The notes beneath the pieces were generated by a model that was not told the origin of the DNA, did no database searches, and worked only from the letters and a program-made list of their open reading frames with translations. From NCBI RefSeq assembly GCF_009914755.1, contig NC_060944.1: DNA of 64,000 nucleotides. One strand, given 5' to 3'. The DNA comes from the human T2T-CHM13v2.0 reference genome, Homo sapiens. A program made the position numbers and the translations under genes. Positions 37,901 to 53,400 of this stretch are shown here, piece by piece. How positions within the stretch are numbered: position 1 is the stretch's first letter; each line of letters begins with the position of its first letter.

Positions 37901-40900
37901 AAATATTTAAAGTCTTTTCAAGTTTGAATACGCTACCCATGTTGCTGCTACCCCCATTTTGTGTGTGTGATTTTTGTGTGTGTGTTAGAAGCTCATGACC
38001 TTTGAAACCTGCTCTTATGAGCTTGCTTTGATGATTTATTTGTCCAGAGAGGATTTTTTTTTCCTACCTAGCATTTTGGACTGCTATCAACCTGAGACCA
38101 CTTTGAATTAAATTCTCAGCTTGCAAATTTGGAAGCCACACAGATTGTGTGAGTTCAGGCTGAAACCTGTTTGAGAGCTGGATTCTGGCTATAAACTCCA
38201 CAGGGAACATTTTCTCTCTCCACTCAGAGCTGAGACCATAGGGAAATTTATTTGCTAGCTCTCTTTGAAGGTTTATTTTATTTATTTTTTTAATTTCTAG
38301 TACACGTGCTCACTGAAGGTGTAATACTTATGTGAGAATCTCAAAATCAGTTGTGTTCTTTGTATGACCCTGGTTTTGTTTCCTCCTGCTCTCTTACTTT
38401 CAGTGTGTCTCATTATGTCTGCTCAATATGTCATCTTAAATTTCAACTGAGGGTGGATCTTCTTCCCAGCTCACTCACATGGTTCTTATCTAGATTCAGT
38501 TTCTCTCCATTTGTAGGACTGAGGACCTCAGTTCTTCACTTAGGGTTGGCTACAGGTAATCATCAATTTCTTGTAACAGGACTTACACTGGGCCACTGAC
38601 AGCATGCCAGTTGGCTTCATTCAAATGAGAGGGCAAGAGAAAGAGAGAGAGGGAGAGGGCACAAGATGAAATTCACAGTATCTTATAATCTAATCTCAAA
38701 AGTGGCATCTCATTACTTTTGTTCTATTCTATTCAATAGAAACAAGTACCTGGGACCAGCTTATACTATAGGAAAGAAATTATATAAGGGTATAAATACC
38801 AAGAGGTAGAGATCATCAAGAGCCATTCTGGTAGCAGCCACAATATCTTATCCAGAATATTTCTTATTCAGGCCTTCAAATGTGCTGTCTTTTCTGGTCT
38901 AATGGAAATGAACCTTCCTTCCATACAATTTCTTCTCCTAAACTGTACTCTGGCTCTCTTATCACATACAAACGTCTATGTTAGGTATTTGTGTCTGTCT
39001 TGATTCTTGGTAGGCTTTTAAACTCTGTGAATGTTGGACTGTGATGTAGACATCATTTCACCACACACTCTGTAACCACCAAACCTTAGCAGCTTATTCA
39101 GTAAGCACATACTTGGCTCTTAATGAGTATTGCTTAAATTGATGAATTGAATTAGTATTTTACCTTCTCTGTTGCTTAGCTAAGCAGAAGAATTTGTCAT
39201 TTTCTTAATTTAGTGACTGGTTCTATTAAAAGTTACCTTTGTCTATATCATTTTGTTATACTAAAGCACAAATGTATAAGGTCAAAAAACATTCTCAAGA
39301 TTTTGTTTAAACCACAGCCCTCAGTTGTGTATATTTATCTCTTGTTTTCATATGCAAGATTTCTCCTGAAATGGGCAACAATTTCAAGAGTTTTTTTCCT
39401 CTTCTGAACTAAGAAAATAAATATTTAATTCACAAGTTTAGAAAAGTGAACCTGAAAAATCACAGGGCTAGGTGGGTTATGAGGCCCACTGGTACATGAT
39501 AGTGTTGAATGTGGATTAGAATGAACTCCGTGGATTAGAATCTCAGACCATAGGCAAACATTTACTTGTTTTAGAATAAGCACATTTGAGTCTGCAATAA
39601 GTATTACTATTTTTAAGTTGAAAATGTAATTGGTTTCTAATAATAACCATATTGGCTAGCATTATTTCAATCGTGTTTAATGTTTTCCAATGTCATTTCA
39701 TGTCAGATATCTCTCTTGATTCTTAGTAACAATTTGGACAAGACAGCAAATGCTATTGTCCAAGTTTTCTAAAGAAGAATCTGAAGTGAAATGACATCAA
39801 GAGACCTATCAAGACCTGTATCCAGGAAAAGGTAAATCTGAGCTGAAACTGTAGCCCTTGTAAATTACCTACGTGACATACCAGATAGTGTTCATGATCC
39901 ATTTAGTACTCTGTTCTAAAAACGAGACAATATCCATTTATTCACTTGTTCATTTATTTAGTGTTTGTTCAGCCCTTACTGCATATTCCAGGCACTATTC
40001 TGACTGTGGCAGGAGTGAACAAACAGGCATGGTTCTTACTTGCATGTAATTACAGTCTTATAGTGAAAACAAGTGTTAAACAACAAAATCTCCCAATTAT
40101 TTTAAAATTATAAACTTGATTCGATACTATGTGGCCATATAATTGTTCCTAATTTGGTTGGAGAAGGGAGGCAGTTAGGGAAGCCTTCCCTGAGTTAGTG
40201 CCATTTAACCTGATTTATGATAGATGATAAGTAATTTGTCAGGGGAAAAATACTCCAGGAATAAAGAACAGGTACAAAGGTCAGGTTCTGGGAAGAGCTT
40301 GTCTTGGTCCAGGAACTAAAAAATGTTAGAGTGGCTGGATCTGGGAAAGAGACAAAGAGTTATTAAATGAGGCAGCAGGCTTCAGCAGGTGCCACATTGC
40401 TCAGGGCCTTGTAGGCCATGCTAAGTATTTGGGATGTTAATGTCAGTACAAACAATTGAGTCATAAGCAGAAAGTAAAAGCATGATTCCATCAAATGTTA
40501 TTCTCTAAACAGTCATTTTATAAATACAGGTTAAATGTGTGTGGTTCCAGCTACTCAGGAGGTCCCAGCTACTCAGTATTCCTTTTCAACAAATATTAGG
40601 TGCCTACTATTAGCCAGGTACAGCCCTTAGCTACTTTGAATGAAGCATATATTACAAACTGGCAGAATTTCTTAAACAAAGAATCTAAAGTTGTTTATAC
40701 ACCATAATCTCGGTATTTTATAAATTTCTTGAAATTATTTTTATTTACACTGCTTTGCAGAATTTTAACTGGCTTTGAAATAAACAATGACAATAGTCCT
40801 CCATGTTACTAGTTTCAAATTTTCCCAATACCTACTAAGACATTACTTAATCCACAGATTTACTGTCAATAGTTTGTATCAAATTGTGATAACATATTTG

Positions 40901-41137
40901 AAATTAATATTTCAAATTAAAGCAAAATCACAAATTTATACTTTATATTATGAATGAGATTCACAAAAGGAGCATGATAATATATTCTGTTGTCATCGCA
41001 TACAAAATAATAACATATAGAGTATGAATCAATAATTTTTCAAATACAAAGCTATTACAATTAGGAATACAAAGAAATCATAATTAGGAATACTTCTACA
41101 ATATTAACACACAATAGTGGTAACACTTGCAAAATGA

Positions 41138-41465
<328 letters not shown>

Positions 41466-41609
41466 GTGGTGGGTCTCATATCTCAATGTGGGCTTTTACT
41501 AACTCCCGATGCCTCAGTTTCCTCATCAGTTGAAAGGAATGAATGAAAGATATGTGTTTTTCATATTACCAGGTAGATGATAAGGAGATTTTAATTTTCT
41601 TTTTTTTTT

Positions 41610-42455
41610 TAACTTTTATTTTAAGTTTAGGGGCATTTGTTACATAGGTAAACTGGTGTCACAGGGGGTTATTGTACAGATTATTTCATCACCCAGGTAT
41701 TAAACCTAGTACCCAATAGTTATCTTTTCTGCTTCTCTTCCTTTTCTCACCCTCCACCCTCAAGTAGACCCCAGTGTCTGTTTTATTCTTTGTGTTCATT
41801 AGTTCTCATCATTTAGCTCCCACTCATAACTGAGAGTATGCTGTATTTGGTTTTCTGTTCCTGCATTAGTTTGCTAAGGATAATAGAAGGTCCATCCATA
41901 TTCCAGCAAAAGACATGATATCATTTTTTAATGGCGACATAGTATTCCATGGTGTATATGTACCACATTTTCTTTATCCAATCTGTCATTGATGGGCATT
42001 TAGGTTGATCCTATACTTTTGCTATTGTGAACAGTGCTGCAATGAACATTTGTATGCATGTGTCTTTATGGTAGAATGGTTTATATTCATCTGAGTATAT
42101 ACCCAGTAGTGGGATTACTGGGTCGAATGGTAGCTCTGCTTTTAGCTCTTTGAGGAATCACTATTCTTTGTACAATGATTGAACTGATTTGCACACCCAC
42201 CAACAGTGTATAAGCATTCCCTTTTCTCCATAGCCTCACTAGCATCTGTTATTTTTTGACTTTTTAATGATAGCTATTCTGACTGGTGTGAGATGGTATC
42301 TCATTATGGTTTTGATTTGCATTTCTCTAATGATCAGTGATGTTGAACTTTTTTTTTGTATGTTTGTTGGCTGCATGCATGTATTCTTTTGAAAAGTGTC
42401 TGTTCATTCCCTTTGCCCAATTTTAATGGGGTTGATTGTTTTTCTTTTGTAAATT
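41610..42455 (-). mobile_element. L1 3' end (older L1PA/L1PB)
   Basis: TTGTTACATAGGTAAAC, ATTTCATCACCCAGGTATTAA, GTATATGTACCACATTTTCTTTATCC. Confidence 0.85.
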
Positions 42456-43964
42456 TCTTTACATTCGAAATGTTTTATTATTAAGTTGAGCTGCCTCATT
42501 CTTAGTATGGTTTTTCACTTTAAAAAGCATAAAGGTGGACATGGTGGCATATGCTAGTAATCCCAACTACTGGGGAGACTAATACAGGAGGGTTGCTTGA
42601 GCCCAGGAGTTCAAGGCTATAATGTGCTATGATCATGACTGTGAACAACCACTGTACTGCAGCCTGGGCAGAGTGACATAGTGAAACCATCTCTCTAAAA
42701 AAAGAGAAAATGTAATTTAAATCTTTAAATACATATGTATATGTGTGTATATATGTATATATGGTGCATATATCAAAAATAGTTTGTAGTTTCCATTCAC
42801 AGCACATAGTAAAATGTCTTAACCTCCTCCCTCCTCCCTATGTGTGTTTTTCTAAGTGTGTGTCTTTTTTACCTTAATTTTTCTCTTAGTGTCTCATACT
42901 CTTCTTAGGTCTCCCTCTTTCTTCTGTCTTTCACACACACACACACACACACGCATACACACATGTACCTTGAAAAATAGCTTTTCTTTTTCTTAAAACT
43001 TCCCAAAGCTTTCATAAAATTAGCCCTCAGGCACTCTTACGTATCTCATCCACTCTTCTTCCTCTCTCCCCTTCCTGAAGCCATTTGTAACTTAGTCTAT
43101 TACACTAGGAAGGGGAAGCAAATATTCATATTATTTTCTTGTTATATCCTTAGCATTACTAGACCTTTGTGGTTTCTATGGATGAGGGACATAATATTTA
43201 TTAATTTATTCTAAACTTCAGTCACTCATAATATACCCTTTTATTCCTCCTTCTTCTGTGATATTGGGAGTGTATAGTTGTCATTGTGACAAACCCTTTG
43301 CTGTCAGTATCTATAGTGGATGGGGAGAAAAGGAGGGCTTTGCCAATCATCGTCTCCAGTGCATTTCCCACTGTCAGCGTCATTGTCTAATGCTGTTTGC
43401 ATCCACACAGCCTAAGGGAACCGTTTAAGTGAGTGACTCCCTCCCTTCACTTCAGCCCATCACTTGAGCATTTCTCTCCCTTGAAAAAAGACAAGTGGTG
43501 CTTCTAAGACTTGAGTAATTCTGAATATAATTGAGGACTAGATGTTCCTGTTTTATATCCTACAGGGCTGGCATCTCTAATGCTGAAAGTACAACAAAGT
43601 GCAGTGGTAGTCACTGAGTGTTCAGCCATGCTGGGTCATCAAAATAAAAGGAGATCGTCTTCCCATTCCTATCAATGGCCTCATCTCTACCAGATATATA
43701 ACTGGAAAAACAATGCATTTGCTTAGACATCCACAGTGAGCCACACTTGTTCGGTGTTGTGGGGAAATGATGCAGAAGCATCCTTGTTTATTAAGGATCC
43801 AATTTTGATAGGCTGAGGCATATTTTTCCTCCCAAGTCTGCACATGGTCATGTATTAAATATTAATGAGCATCTTCTCTCTATCAGGCTTTGGGGGATAT
43901 GTTCACCTCTTGGGAGGTGAACATGATAAATAAGATCCTTTCTCTCATGGAGCATTCTCTCCAT

Positions 43965-44176
43965 TCTTTTTTTTTTTTTGATAGGGACTAGCTCTGTCAC
44001 CTAGGCTAGAGTGCAATGGTGCAAACATGACTCACTGCAGCCTTGACCTCATGGACTCAAGTGATCCTCAAGTGATCCTCTTGCCTCCACAACATCCAGC
44101 TAACTTTTAAAAAATTTTTTGAAGAGAAGGTTTTGCCATGTTGCCTCAGCCTCCTGAAGTGGTGGGATTACAGGTG
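43965..44176 (-). mobile_element. Degenerate Alu truncated at the duplicon junction
   Basis: Ends at GGGATTACAGGTG without the expected TGAGCCACC...GGCC; base composition changes immediately after. Confidence 0.8.
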
Positions 44177-44769
44177 GCAAGGGAAGGGAAGGATGGCTAT
44201 CTGCCTTCAAATATTTGAAAGGGTGTGAAATCAAACAGGGAAGGAGTCCTGTTCAGAGCCCCTTAGAAGATGCCGGGGTCAGGGTGGGGGGTGGTGAGGC
44301 CTCTCACCTTCAAAGAGCACCTTCTGCCACTGGAAGGGTCCCAAAGTGACAGCAACCACCCCGCGTCGAGCCCTCACTGCGTGCCAGGCACTCGGCTTGC
44401 CTGACGCTTTACTGGCATCACCCCTGAATTTTCCCAGCAATCCCAGGAGGGTGGTACCATTCGTATTCCTTATTTTACGAACGGGAAACGCGAGGCTCTC
44501 ACTGCTTGAGATCACACAGCTAGTGAACGACTGAGTCGAGATTCAAACCCAGGGCCCTGCTGAGAACTATTATGCTGCACCGTAGGCTGAGGAGACCTAC
44601 AGCCCTGGGAATTCTAAGACTGTGATGCGATAAAACACAAATATAAACATGGGAAGGCCAAGATAAGGCTGGGAGTTTTAAATTTATTTTTTTTTTGCTG
44701 AGGTGTCTTGGGTACAAGGAAGACAGGAAAGGTGGATGCTGAGTAGAATTTGTACCTCGGTGTCACCGT

Positions 44770-45860
44770 CCTCATCCCCGACCCCTCCTAGCCGCCCCCG
44801 CCTCAATGTCCCCTTCTTCTCCAAGGGAATCTACTCGCACCATCACACTAGCCCCGGCTGCGGCCCGTGGAGGCCGAGGAGGGCCGCGCACCCAGCACCC
44901 AGCACCCAGCACCCGGCCCGAAGGCCCCGCTGCTCCCCGGGCTGGCGGCGGCAGGAGCGGCATCGCGGAAGCCCCTTCCGAGCCCCCTCGGGCCGGGAAC
45001 GCGGGAGGAGGCGGCGCCCTGCGCCGGGAGGCCCCAGACACCGTGGGCGGGCGGCTGTGCGCGGCCAGGCTGCGTGGGAGCGGGCAGCGGCGGCGGGGGG
45101 CGCTCCGCGCGGGGGTTGGGGCGCGGGGGTTGGGGAGGCGGGGGCGCCCGGGCCGCGCTTCCCTTCGCGGGTGACTCAGCAGCCGCCTTCCTCAGCGGGG
45201 CGGGGCGCGGCGGGGGCGCGGGGAGGCTGTGGGCACGCGGCTTCCCCGCGCCGGGGTGCAGGTCCTCGCCGCCGCCCCCGCGAGGAAGTGCGAGGCTGGA
45301 CGCTGGGAGGCGCGCGTGGGCCGGGAGATTCCTTCTCGCCTGCCGGCTACCAGCCGGCCCGCCCACGCCGCCGAGATCCCGACTCCACGTTCCCTCCCCA
45401 CGGAGGAGTCGGGGCAGCGCACGGAGGCGGAAAGGCTTTCCCCAGGCTGGCCCGGCGAGGGTCGGGGGCGCAGGGACTGAGGGGACACCCCAGGGGGGCC
45501 AGCTGCACCCCCGCCCTCCCCTCCTGCTGCTCCCGGGTTTTACGCACTCACGGTCGGAGGGAGCCGGCTGGAGATTTCTGGGGTCTTAGATGTGGAAGTC
45601 CGTGCAGAATTTACCTCGTTCTGCCCCAGGGCCCCCGGGTACCTGCCACCTTTTGTTCTTGAAAGGGAGAGATGCCCCTCTGCTGAGCCAGCTGGAGCGT
45701 CCTTTCTGTGGCTCTTGCCGTGTAGAAGTCTTTTTTCGTATCTAAGCTCGGTCCCTCCTGCTGCGGTGACCCCCAGACAGCTCTGCTTCGCCAGACTCGG
45801 CGACTGGGTAGAGTGGGCAAGAAGGAGGACCAAGAACGTCCCCACTGAGCAGGAGGGGAA
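44770..45860 (-). promoter_or_regulatory. CpG island, probably the duplicated internal promoter of IQSEC3 intron 1
   Basis: Very high GC and CpG; GC box GGGGCGGGG at 45197; ~10.5-11.5 kb downstream of the exon 1 copy on the minus strand; candidate minus-strand donors GAG|GTAAAT (~45614) and CAG|GTACCC (~45642). Confidence 0.7.
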
Positions 45861-47134
45861 ATCAAGGCCCAGAGAAGGGGAGGGGTTTCCTTCAAGCTTA
45901 TAGCTGGGGGTGTGTGAGAGAGGTGCTGACCTCAGTACTCAGGAGTTCCGGCTTCTAGGTCAGAGTCCAGCTGCTTGAAAAGATAATATTCCTCCCTGGT
46001 GCTGCCCAGCGCAGTGCCTCTACCTGTCTCTGGAAATCCCTTTCACCTTCTCTGATGGGTTCTTACCATGCGTTAAGTCGCATCAAGACTGTCGGAGATG
46101 CCAGATGATGCCGGTTCGGAAGCATCCAGGGTAAAGACCGGGCTGTGCGCGGGAAACACGGAGGCTGGACCCAAGCAGGAAATTCCCACCCGCTTTGCGG
46201 AGTTTTTGTAGCTGCTGTTTTTAAATCATCATTGGTTGATTTGATGCATTGAATGAAAATTGTGGTAGATAGGAATCATTCATCAAGGAAGAAATTGTGG
46301 AACTCCCTTGTCTCTCTGCCTGGGATGGGGCGTGCATTCCTGATTGGAGGCAGGTGGTTGGCTGGTTTGACCTGGTGCATCCAAAGCCCTGAGAGGTCAT
46401 TGGTACCAGGCCCTGGCCACAGCTAGGCCGAGATATCCTGCAGGGAAACTCACACTGCAGCTTTGTGTGTGTCTCGCCGCCCCGTACCTGAGCTTCCAGA
46501 CACTATACCTCCGTAGAGTTCCAGTGGCACAGCTCCTGTACCTGTCCCCTTCCACACAGCCTTCTTCCCAGGAGCTCACGCCTCTGGGGCCTGGTCTCCC
46601 GCATGCTCCAGACAGAGTGGGTATGGAGGCGTGGTAGACTTGCCCCATTTTACAGAGGGGAAGAACCAGGAGGATCTGGCTAGCCAATGGAGATGAAACA
46701 CTTCATGCAGAGAAAGGAAAAGGAACCGGGAGTGCTGATGGCGTGACCAGGCCAGGGGTCATTGGGAGATACTGAGATAAAGCTATGCTGATCTTTGCTG
46801 TGAAGCCTATGCATCTTTAGTATAGTGTGGGTTGTCCTCCAACTCCCCCAGCCCAAGTCAGTAACACACAGTTGCCCATGCAGAGTCGTGCCCACTCAGG
46901 TCCACAAACGCCTGCGCACCACCTGCTCACCCTCCCGTCACGGTATTGACACTTCCCTGAACACAGCTGATCCTGCCTGGTAAGGGGCCTGGAATCTGGG
47001 TGCTGCTGGTTCATGACCCCGGAATCCAGCTCTTTCCTCTCTTTTCCCCCAGAGATATGGCCACAATGCCAGCCTCCTTTCCCTCCTGCCTTCATAGGCC
47101 CATTGCCTGCTTCTCACTCCACCTGCTGAGGCCT

Positions 47135-47160
47135 TGTGTGTGTGTGTGTGTGTGTGTGTG
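47135..47160. repeat. (TG)n microsatellite
   Basis: Directly visible. Confidence 0.95.
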
Positions 47161-49500
47161 ATGAAACTCTCACTGCAGAGATTTTGCAGCTTCCCGGGCT
47201 GACAGACTGGTCAGAGGCTGGGGGCAGAGGGAGTAGAGGGCTCTCCCTGCTCATAGCTAGGATTGGGGTCGGTTCTGTTTATTGCCGGGGGCAGTCTTCT
47301 CCTCACCCCTCATCCGTCTCACACCCCAACCAGCCTGAAGAGCTGAGCCTCTGAGTCCAGCTTTCCGCATGGGCTCAGCTTCAGGACAGTGAGCTGTGCT
47401 GTTGGACCCAGGGGTCCTCCCTTCTGCCCAACTCTTCCTCAGCCCTGATACCACAACCCACCTCCACTCAACAATCCATGAGCCTGCCTGGGCCCTACAG
47501 ATGGAGAGTTTATGTATTCAACCAGTATTTATCATGCACCTTCTAGGTGTTGAGTTTGACTCTCATCTCCCATCCCCTTCAGGCTCATGCGACACCAACC
47601 TCTGCTGCCTGCCAGCTCTTCCTGCCCACATCTTCCTGCCCCATAGCAAACCCCAACAGAGTCATGTGACATTTCACCATCCAAAAAATTATTTTAAGAT
47701 CCTAGAAAGGAGCAAACAAGCTTATCACACATCATGATGCTCTTTAACTTCTTGCTTTATGTCTTCCACACATGAAGTTCGTTGGAAAAGTATCCCTTCT
47801 ACAGCCCAAAGACTTACTATTCCATGACCAGTCAGTGGAAGTGCCCTGTGTCCCTCCCCTTTCCTTACCAGAGCCAAACAAGGCAATTCCAATTCTCTGC
47901 AAAATTTAGTTGAGCTAAAAATACATTTAGACTGAACTGCCTCCCTCATGAGCCCTTCAGCTCCTTAGCAGCCTCCTTCCCTGGCCTTTAGTTAACCACT
48001 GCTACCACAGTATCCTCCCTTCTTACCAAACCCTTCTCTGGGAGATTGCTCAAATAAACTCTTTCACACTAAAGTATAAAAGACTGATAAGGATAAATGT
48101 GTTGATTTTTCCCCCTTCCTAGGAGAATTTGCATTTAAACAAGGAGGATAACCTTGAAGTACCTAAAGTGGTCTCTGACTGTGGAATTATTAACATAGTT
48201 GAGATATCCTGGAAGGCACAGGGACCTCCCTGGGGTTATGGGACTAGCTGTAAGTTTGGCCTTGCACACCTGTGAAGCAGCCGTGATGGGCTCTTTTGGT
48301 CCGTCGTCACATAATGTTGAGAGCAGCGGATGAAGAGTTAAGAGAATCTGAGCTCTAAACCTAGTTCTGACACTAGCTAGTCTGGAAGCAACAGTCACTT
48401 CCTCCTCAGGCCTTAGTTTTCTCATTTGCCAAATGAGAATTTTGAACAGTTTACCTTAAAGAATCCTTCTAGCTCTGATATCTGGTTAACTCCCCAGTGG
48501 GGCTAGGAGACCCTGGCCCAGCTCCTAAAAGCCTCTAGCCCCTGAAGCTGTGGCTTAGAGGGAATGGTCTGATGCCAGCACAGAGCATGGGGCCCTTCTC
48601 TGGGCAGGGACTTGGACAGGCTGCCCCCATGACCATAGCAGCCCACCTGCCAGGGAGGAAAGGTGCCGCTCAGCACACACACCAGTCTTGAAGAGTTACA
48701 TAACCCTCCCAGATCCCTTATTCCAACCAAAGAGCAACAGCAAAACAGTCTGCCCTCCACCCCCACCCCGGCACACACACACATCAGCAGTCTTTGCCTA
48801 TGGTGGCCTCACAGTCACAAACACCCTGGGAGAGAATTTTAGAAGGCCACCATCTTTTCTTTTTCATTTGTTTTCATTTTCCTGGAAGATATCTCATGTA
48901 AGAAAAGTCTTTAAGAGAAGAAAACCCACAACCACACATCAGGCCTCTTAGTCCCTCCCTGCTGTTCTTTTCAGCTTTCTGACCTCAGAGTCCTGAAAAG
49001 TACAGGTCTACCTTCCATCCCTAGGAAGGAGGAACTTGGAGAAATTGATTCAGCCTCATTCTGAAGAAGTGGGAAGCACTTCCTGGGTTCAGATGCCATT
49101 TCCCTCACTCTCCACTTTTGTCCTTGACAAGTCAGTGTACCTTCTCCTAGATGAGACTGTAATTTTCCTAATTAGGAAATAGGGGTGATTGTTCTCACCA
49201 TGGGGCATCGGGTGATAACTCAGATCTCTTTGATATCCTTAAGAGAAGTGCAAATAATCTTAAAATGCAACAGAAGAGGTTTTAGTTGGGCTTAAAGAAG
49301 ATTTTGCCAACTAGAAATTTGTGAGACAGCATTACAGATCACAGAGGGATGGTGGATTTGTGCTGCTGGTTGCTTTTCAGGGTACGCTCAACATTCCTGT
49401 GTCTGGAATGGCTAAATGAGAATAGAGCACATGTAGAAAGGTGGCCTGGCAGTGTAGAAGAAACCCTGAGCCTGCATTCTAGTCTGTCACTGTCATCTGA

Positions 49501-49800
<300 letters not shown>

Positions 49801-50139
49801 TTTCTTTATCTGTAGAAATACTGCAATGTATTGAGCACTTACTATGTACCCCAAACAGTACTAAATAAATGATATGTAATTTTTAAAACTTTACAAGTCT
49901 TTAAGGTAGATATTTTCCCCATTTTATAAGTGGAAAAACAGAGGCTAAAAGAAAGTAAACAGTGAAGGCAACGTCTCACAGCTGGGGAGGTACCAAGATT
50001 TCTCCCCAGGCGTGCTTGCCCAAAGCCCATGTTCTCAACCATCTGGATCTTGAACACTGTATGATCCAGTGGTTACCTGAAATTCCTTTCAGCCTGAAAG
50101 ATTTAGCTTTGCCCTTGCCTTACTCCTGATTCCCTTTCT

Positions 50140-50472
<333 letters not shown>

Positions 50473-53400
50473 CCTGATTCCCTTTCTTTTTGTTAATGCC
50501 CTCATTGACTGAAATAAAGATGACCACCCCTTTCTTCCATGGAAATAAGCAGCCCTTTGGAGCCTCTGTGGGAACCTGCACTTTGTGCTTTTCCAGAAGC
50601 AGAGGAGCAAGTTGCTACAGTGGTCCCAGCCTTGGAAACCCTGCCAGATGGCCTCACCTCTGAGAGTCTGCTGGGTGCAGTGAGAGTGTCCCCAGGGCCT
50701 CTTACTAAGAACTCCTTACTAAGCTGCCATTGCCCTGTGCCCAGGGCCACTGAGATATGCTTAGGCTCCAGTGAAAAAAAATGTTCAGGCTTCCCAACAA
50801 GGCAGCTTGTCCAAAAATCTTTACATGGGGTGTAAATTCAGCAGTTGAGTCTCTTTCCAGATTGTGAGCCCCGATGTTTGTCCCAGCCCTTCCCTCTTTT
50901 TTAATGTTACCCTCCCTTCCATTCCCTCTCCACCCAGCCCCGACCCCAGCTGCCTTTTCTCATAAGTGACCTTTGAAACTCGGGCTGCGCAGAGATTTGC
51001 TGAATCAGCAGGACCAACTGTTGTTTCCTTTGCTTCGTTTTGGGCCAGCAGGAAAATGTGCCAGGATGCCTTTGTGAGGCCCTATGGCATTCACTGCATT
51101 GGTCTGGGGAGAGATTGGGAGTGAGGGAAGAGGGAGCTGGAGGCTGGTAAGGAGGAGTGAGACAATCAGGGTTTCCCAGAGACCAGGGGATGACTTGGTT
51201 CTCTTAAATGCATTATTTTTGGATGAAAAGAAAGGAAGAGCAGTGACCTAGGCCTTCAGGAAGGCAAAGGGCAGCAAATCTTTGCAAGTGGTCACACTAT
51301 GCCAGCTTCTAGGTATGAATAAAAAGATGCACACTCCCTTCTCCCAGTGAGCCTTCATCCTGGCCCCATTTCTTAGACCAGAAACTCTCTCCCTGCTGGG
51401 GATAGGGGAAGAACAAGAGGATAGGCAGATTGATGAGCATGGGCCATACGATGCCACCTCAGCAACCAGGCCTTCTGGGCACAAGGTAGACAAAGTCCCT
51501 GTGTGTTGAGACTGTCCTCACCTAGTGATAGGGTTTGGCCTCATGGGTAGGGACTTAGGATGAGCGGAGGGCTGTATCATCAGAGGCTGGAATGAAATGG
51601 ACATGCAAAACAGTTATCTCCATAGATTGAATTTTCTGCTTTCTGTTCCCTTTCCAGCTATCCTTGCCTCTTACAATTCTGACATAAACCTTTGACTTCA
51701 ATGAAGAAAACCTGCTCTTTGGCCGTTAACATAATTTGTATACTCACCCTTTTTACCTTGTGCTGTTCTGATAGAGGATTGCTTTAGGCAGCTGCAATAT
51801 GCTTACACTTGTTTAGGCATTTCTAGATATGTGTCTCTTTTATTTTGAGCAAGGACTGTTTGCTTCTTTCCAATCTTTCCACAGCACTGAGTGCAGGGTT
51901 TTGAATAGACTGGATACTTCATACATATAGTTGACTGACAGACCTTCACACTTTCTTTCTTAATAGTTTCCAGGATGGGCCAGTCATGAGCTATCACCTT
52001 CAAGCATGCAACTCTGACTCAATAGGAGCAGAGATCCCAGTTCCCACCAGCATCTTAGACAAATCAGGCTAAAAAGCACATCCAGAACTCTTCTAGCTAT
52101 CCCCAGCCTCCAGCCAGTATGAGAACAGGGAGCTCAAAAGATACTCAAGATTGATTTTGTGTTTAAAGGATAAGGGTAGAGAGGAAAGAGATTTCCCTGT
52201 GTAGCTTATGTGGAAGAAGGATAGAAGGAAGAGAAGATGGGAGAGATAAAGTGTTTGGGGGAGAGGTAGAAGGGGAGAAGAGAAGGAAGGAAAAAGGGTA
52301 GTGAGGCAGAGGAGGGATGTGAAAGGAAGAAACAATGTAACAGAGAGAAGACAGGAGCTGTGGAGCCCTTCAGACTTCATAGTCATATTGAGGTTGGGAT
52401 TTGGAGTAGGAGATGAATTTGAATTGGGATGCAAGAATTTATCCTCCAGCAATCATCTGCCTGTGGCCTTGGAGACATGGACAAGTCCTGTCATCCATGG
52501 ACACTAAACGCATGACTGGTGGTTGGGCAAATGTGCTTAGAAGCCACTGAAGCCAGCAGCTTCAGATAAGTTCATGTGCTTCCATGGCAAGAGGATTTGT
52601 CAGGTCAAGTTGAGGTTCTGGCACCAGCCAGGAAAGGGATAGTAATAAATTCTGTAGATGCCTGAGCCTTGACTGAAAAAATAAAGAGGAGGAAGCTATG
52701 TTTGCTGCTTTCATTAAGAGGCAAAAGCAGTAGGGGTCAGAGCTTAGCAAGAATCAAGAAGCATGCAGAGAAATAATTTTAACCCTTCAAATGTTTTTCT
52801 TCCATAATATCTCTACATTCACTCACCCACATATTGCTGCTTTCTTGGACTGACCTCCAAGACCACCACCTTTGTGTCTCCCTCAGCTGAAGGAGGGAGA
52901 GAGGCCAGACTATGTATTAATACAGATAAGACGGCAATTAAATGATTCATTATTTTCCAGTTCCAGTTCTCTAGGGCTTCTGCCTCTCCTCGAATTGGGT
53001 AGGAAGAGGAGTTCTGGGGATAAAAGTCAAACTGTGTGAGGACATAATGCATCTACCAGAGTGCCTGGCCTCTGGAAACCCTCACCCACTCTTCAGCCAC
53101 CTCAGTGGGGCGCGTTCTTGCTGAAATGAGGCCAGAGGAAGAATGAGGGAGGATTCACAGGAAACCCATGATCGGAAGACCCACTGTGCCATCTCTTCCT
53201 CCCGCTTCAGCACTCCCAGTAGAGAACCAGTTCTGCAGGGAGCTCCCCAGGAACAATACCAGGGAGGGGGCTGCTGGCTCTGCTCTCCTCTTCCTCACCT
53301 CTCCCTCTCCATGGAGATCTCTCTCTGCCTGCTGGCTCCATCTTGTCCTGCATCATGGACAACTATGGGCAGAGGAGAACAAACATACAAAACGGGCCAC

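Noticed and set aside
44703-45662. 319-aa and other long ORFs
   Set aside because: CpG-island artefacts: low-complexity R/G/P/A content, open in many frames, non-ATG starts
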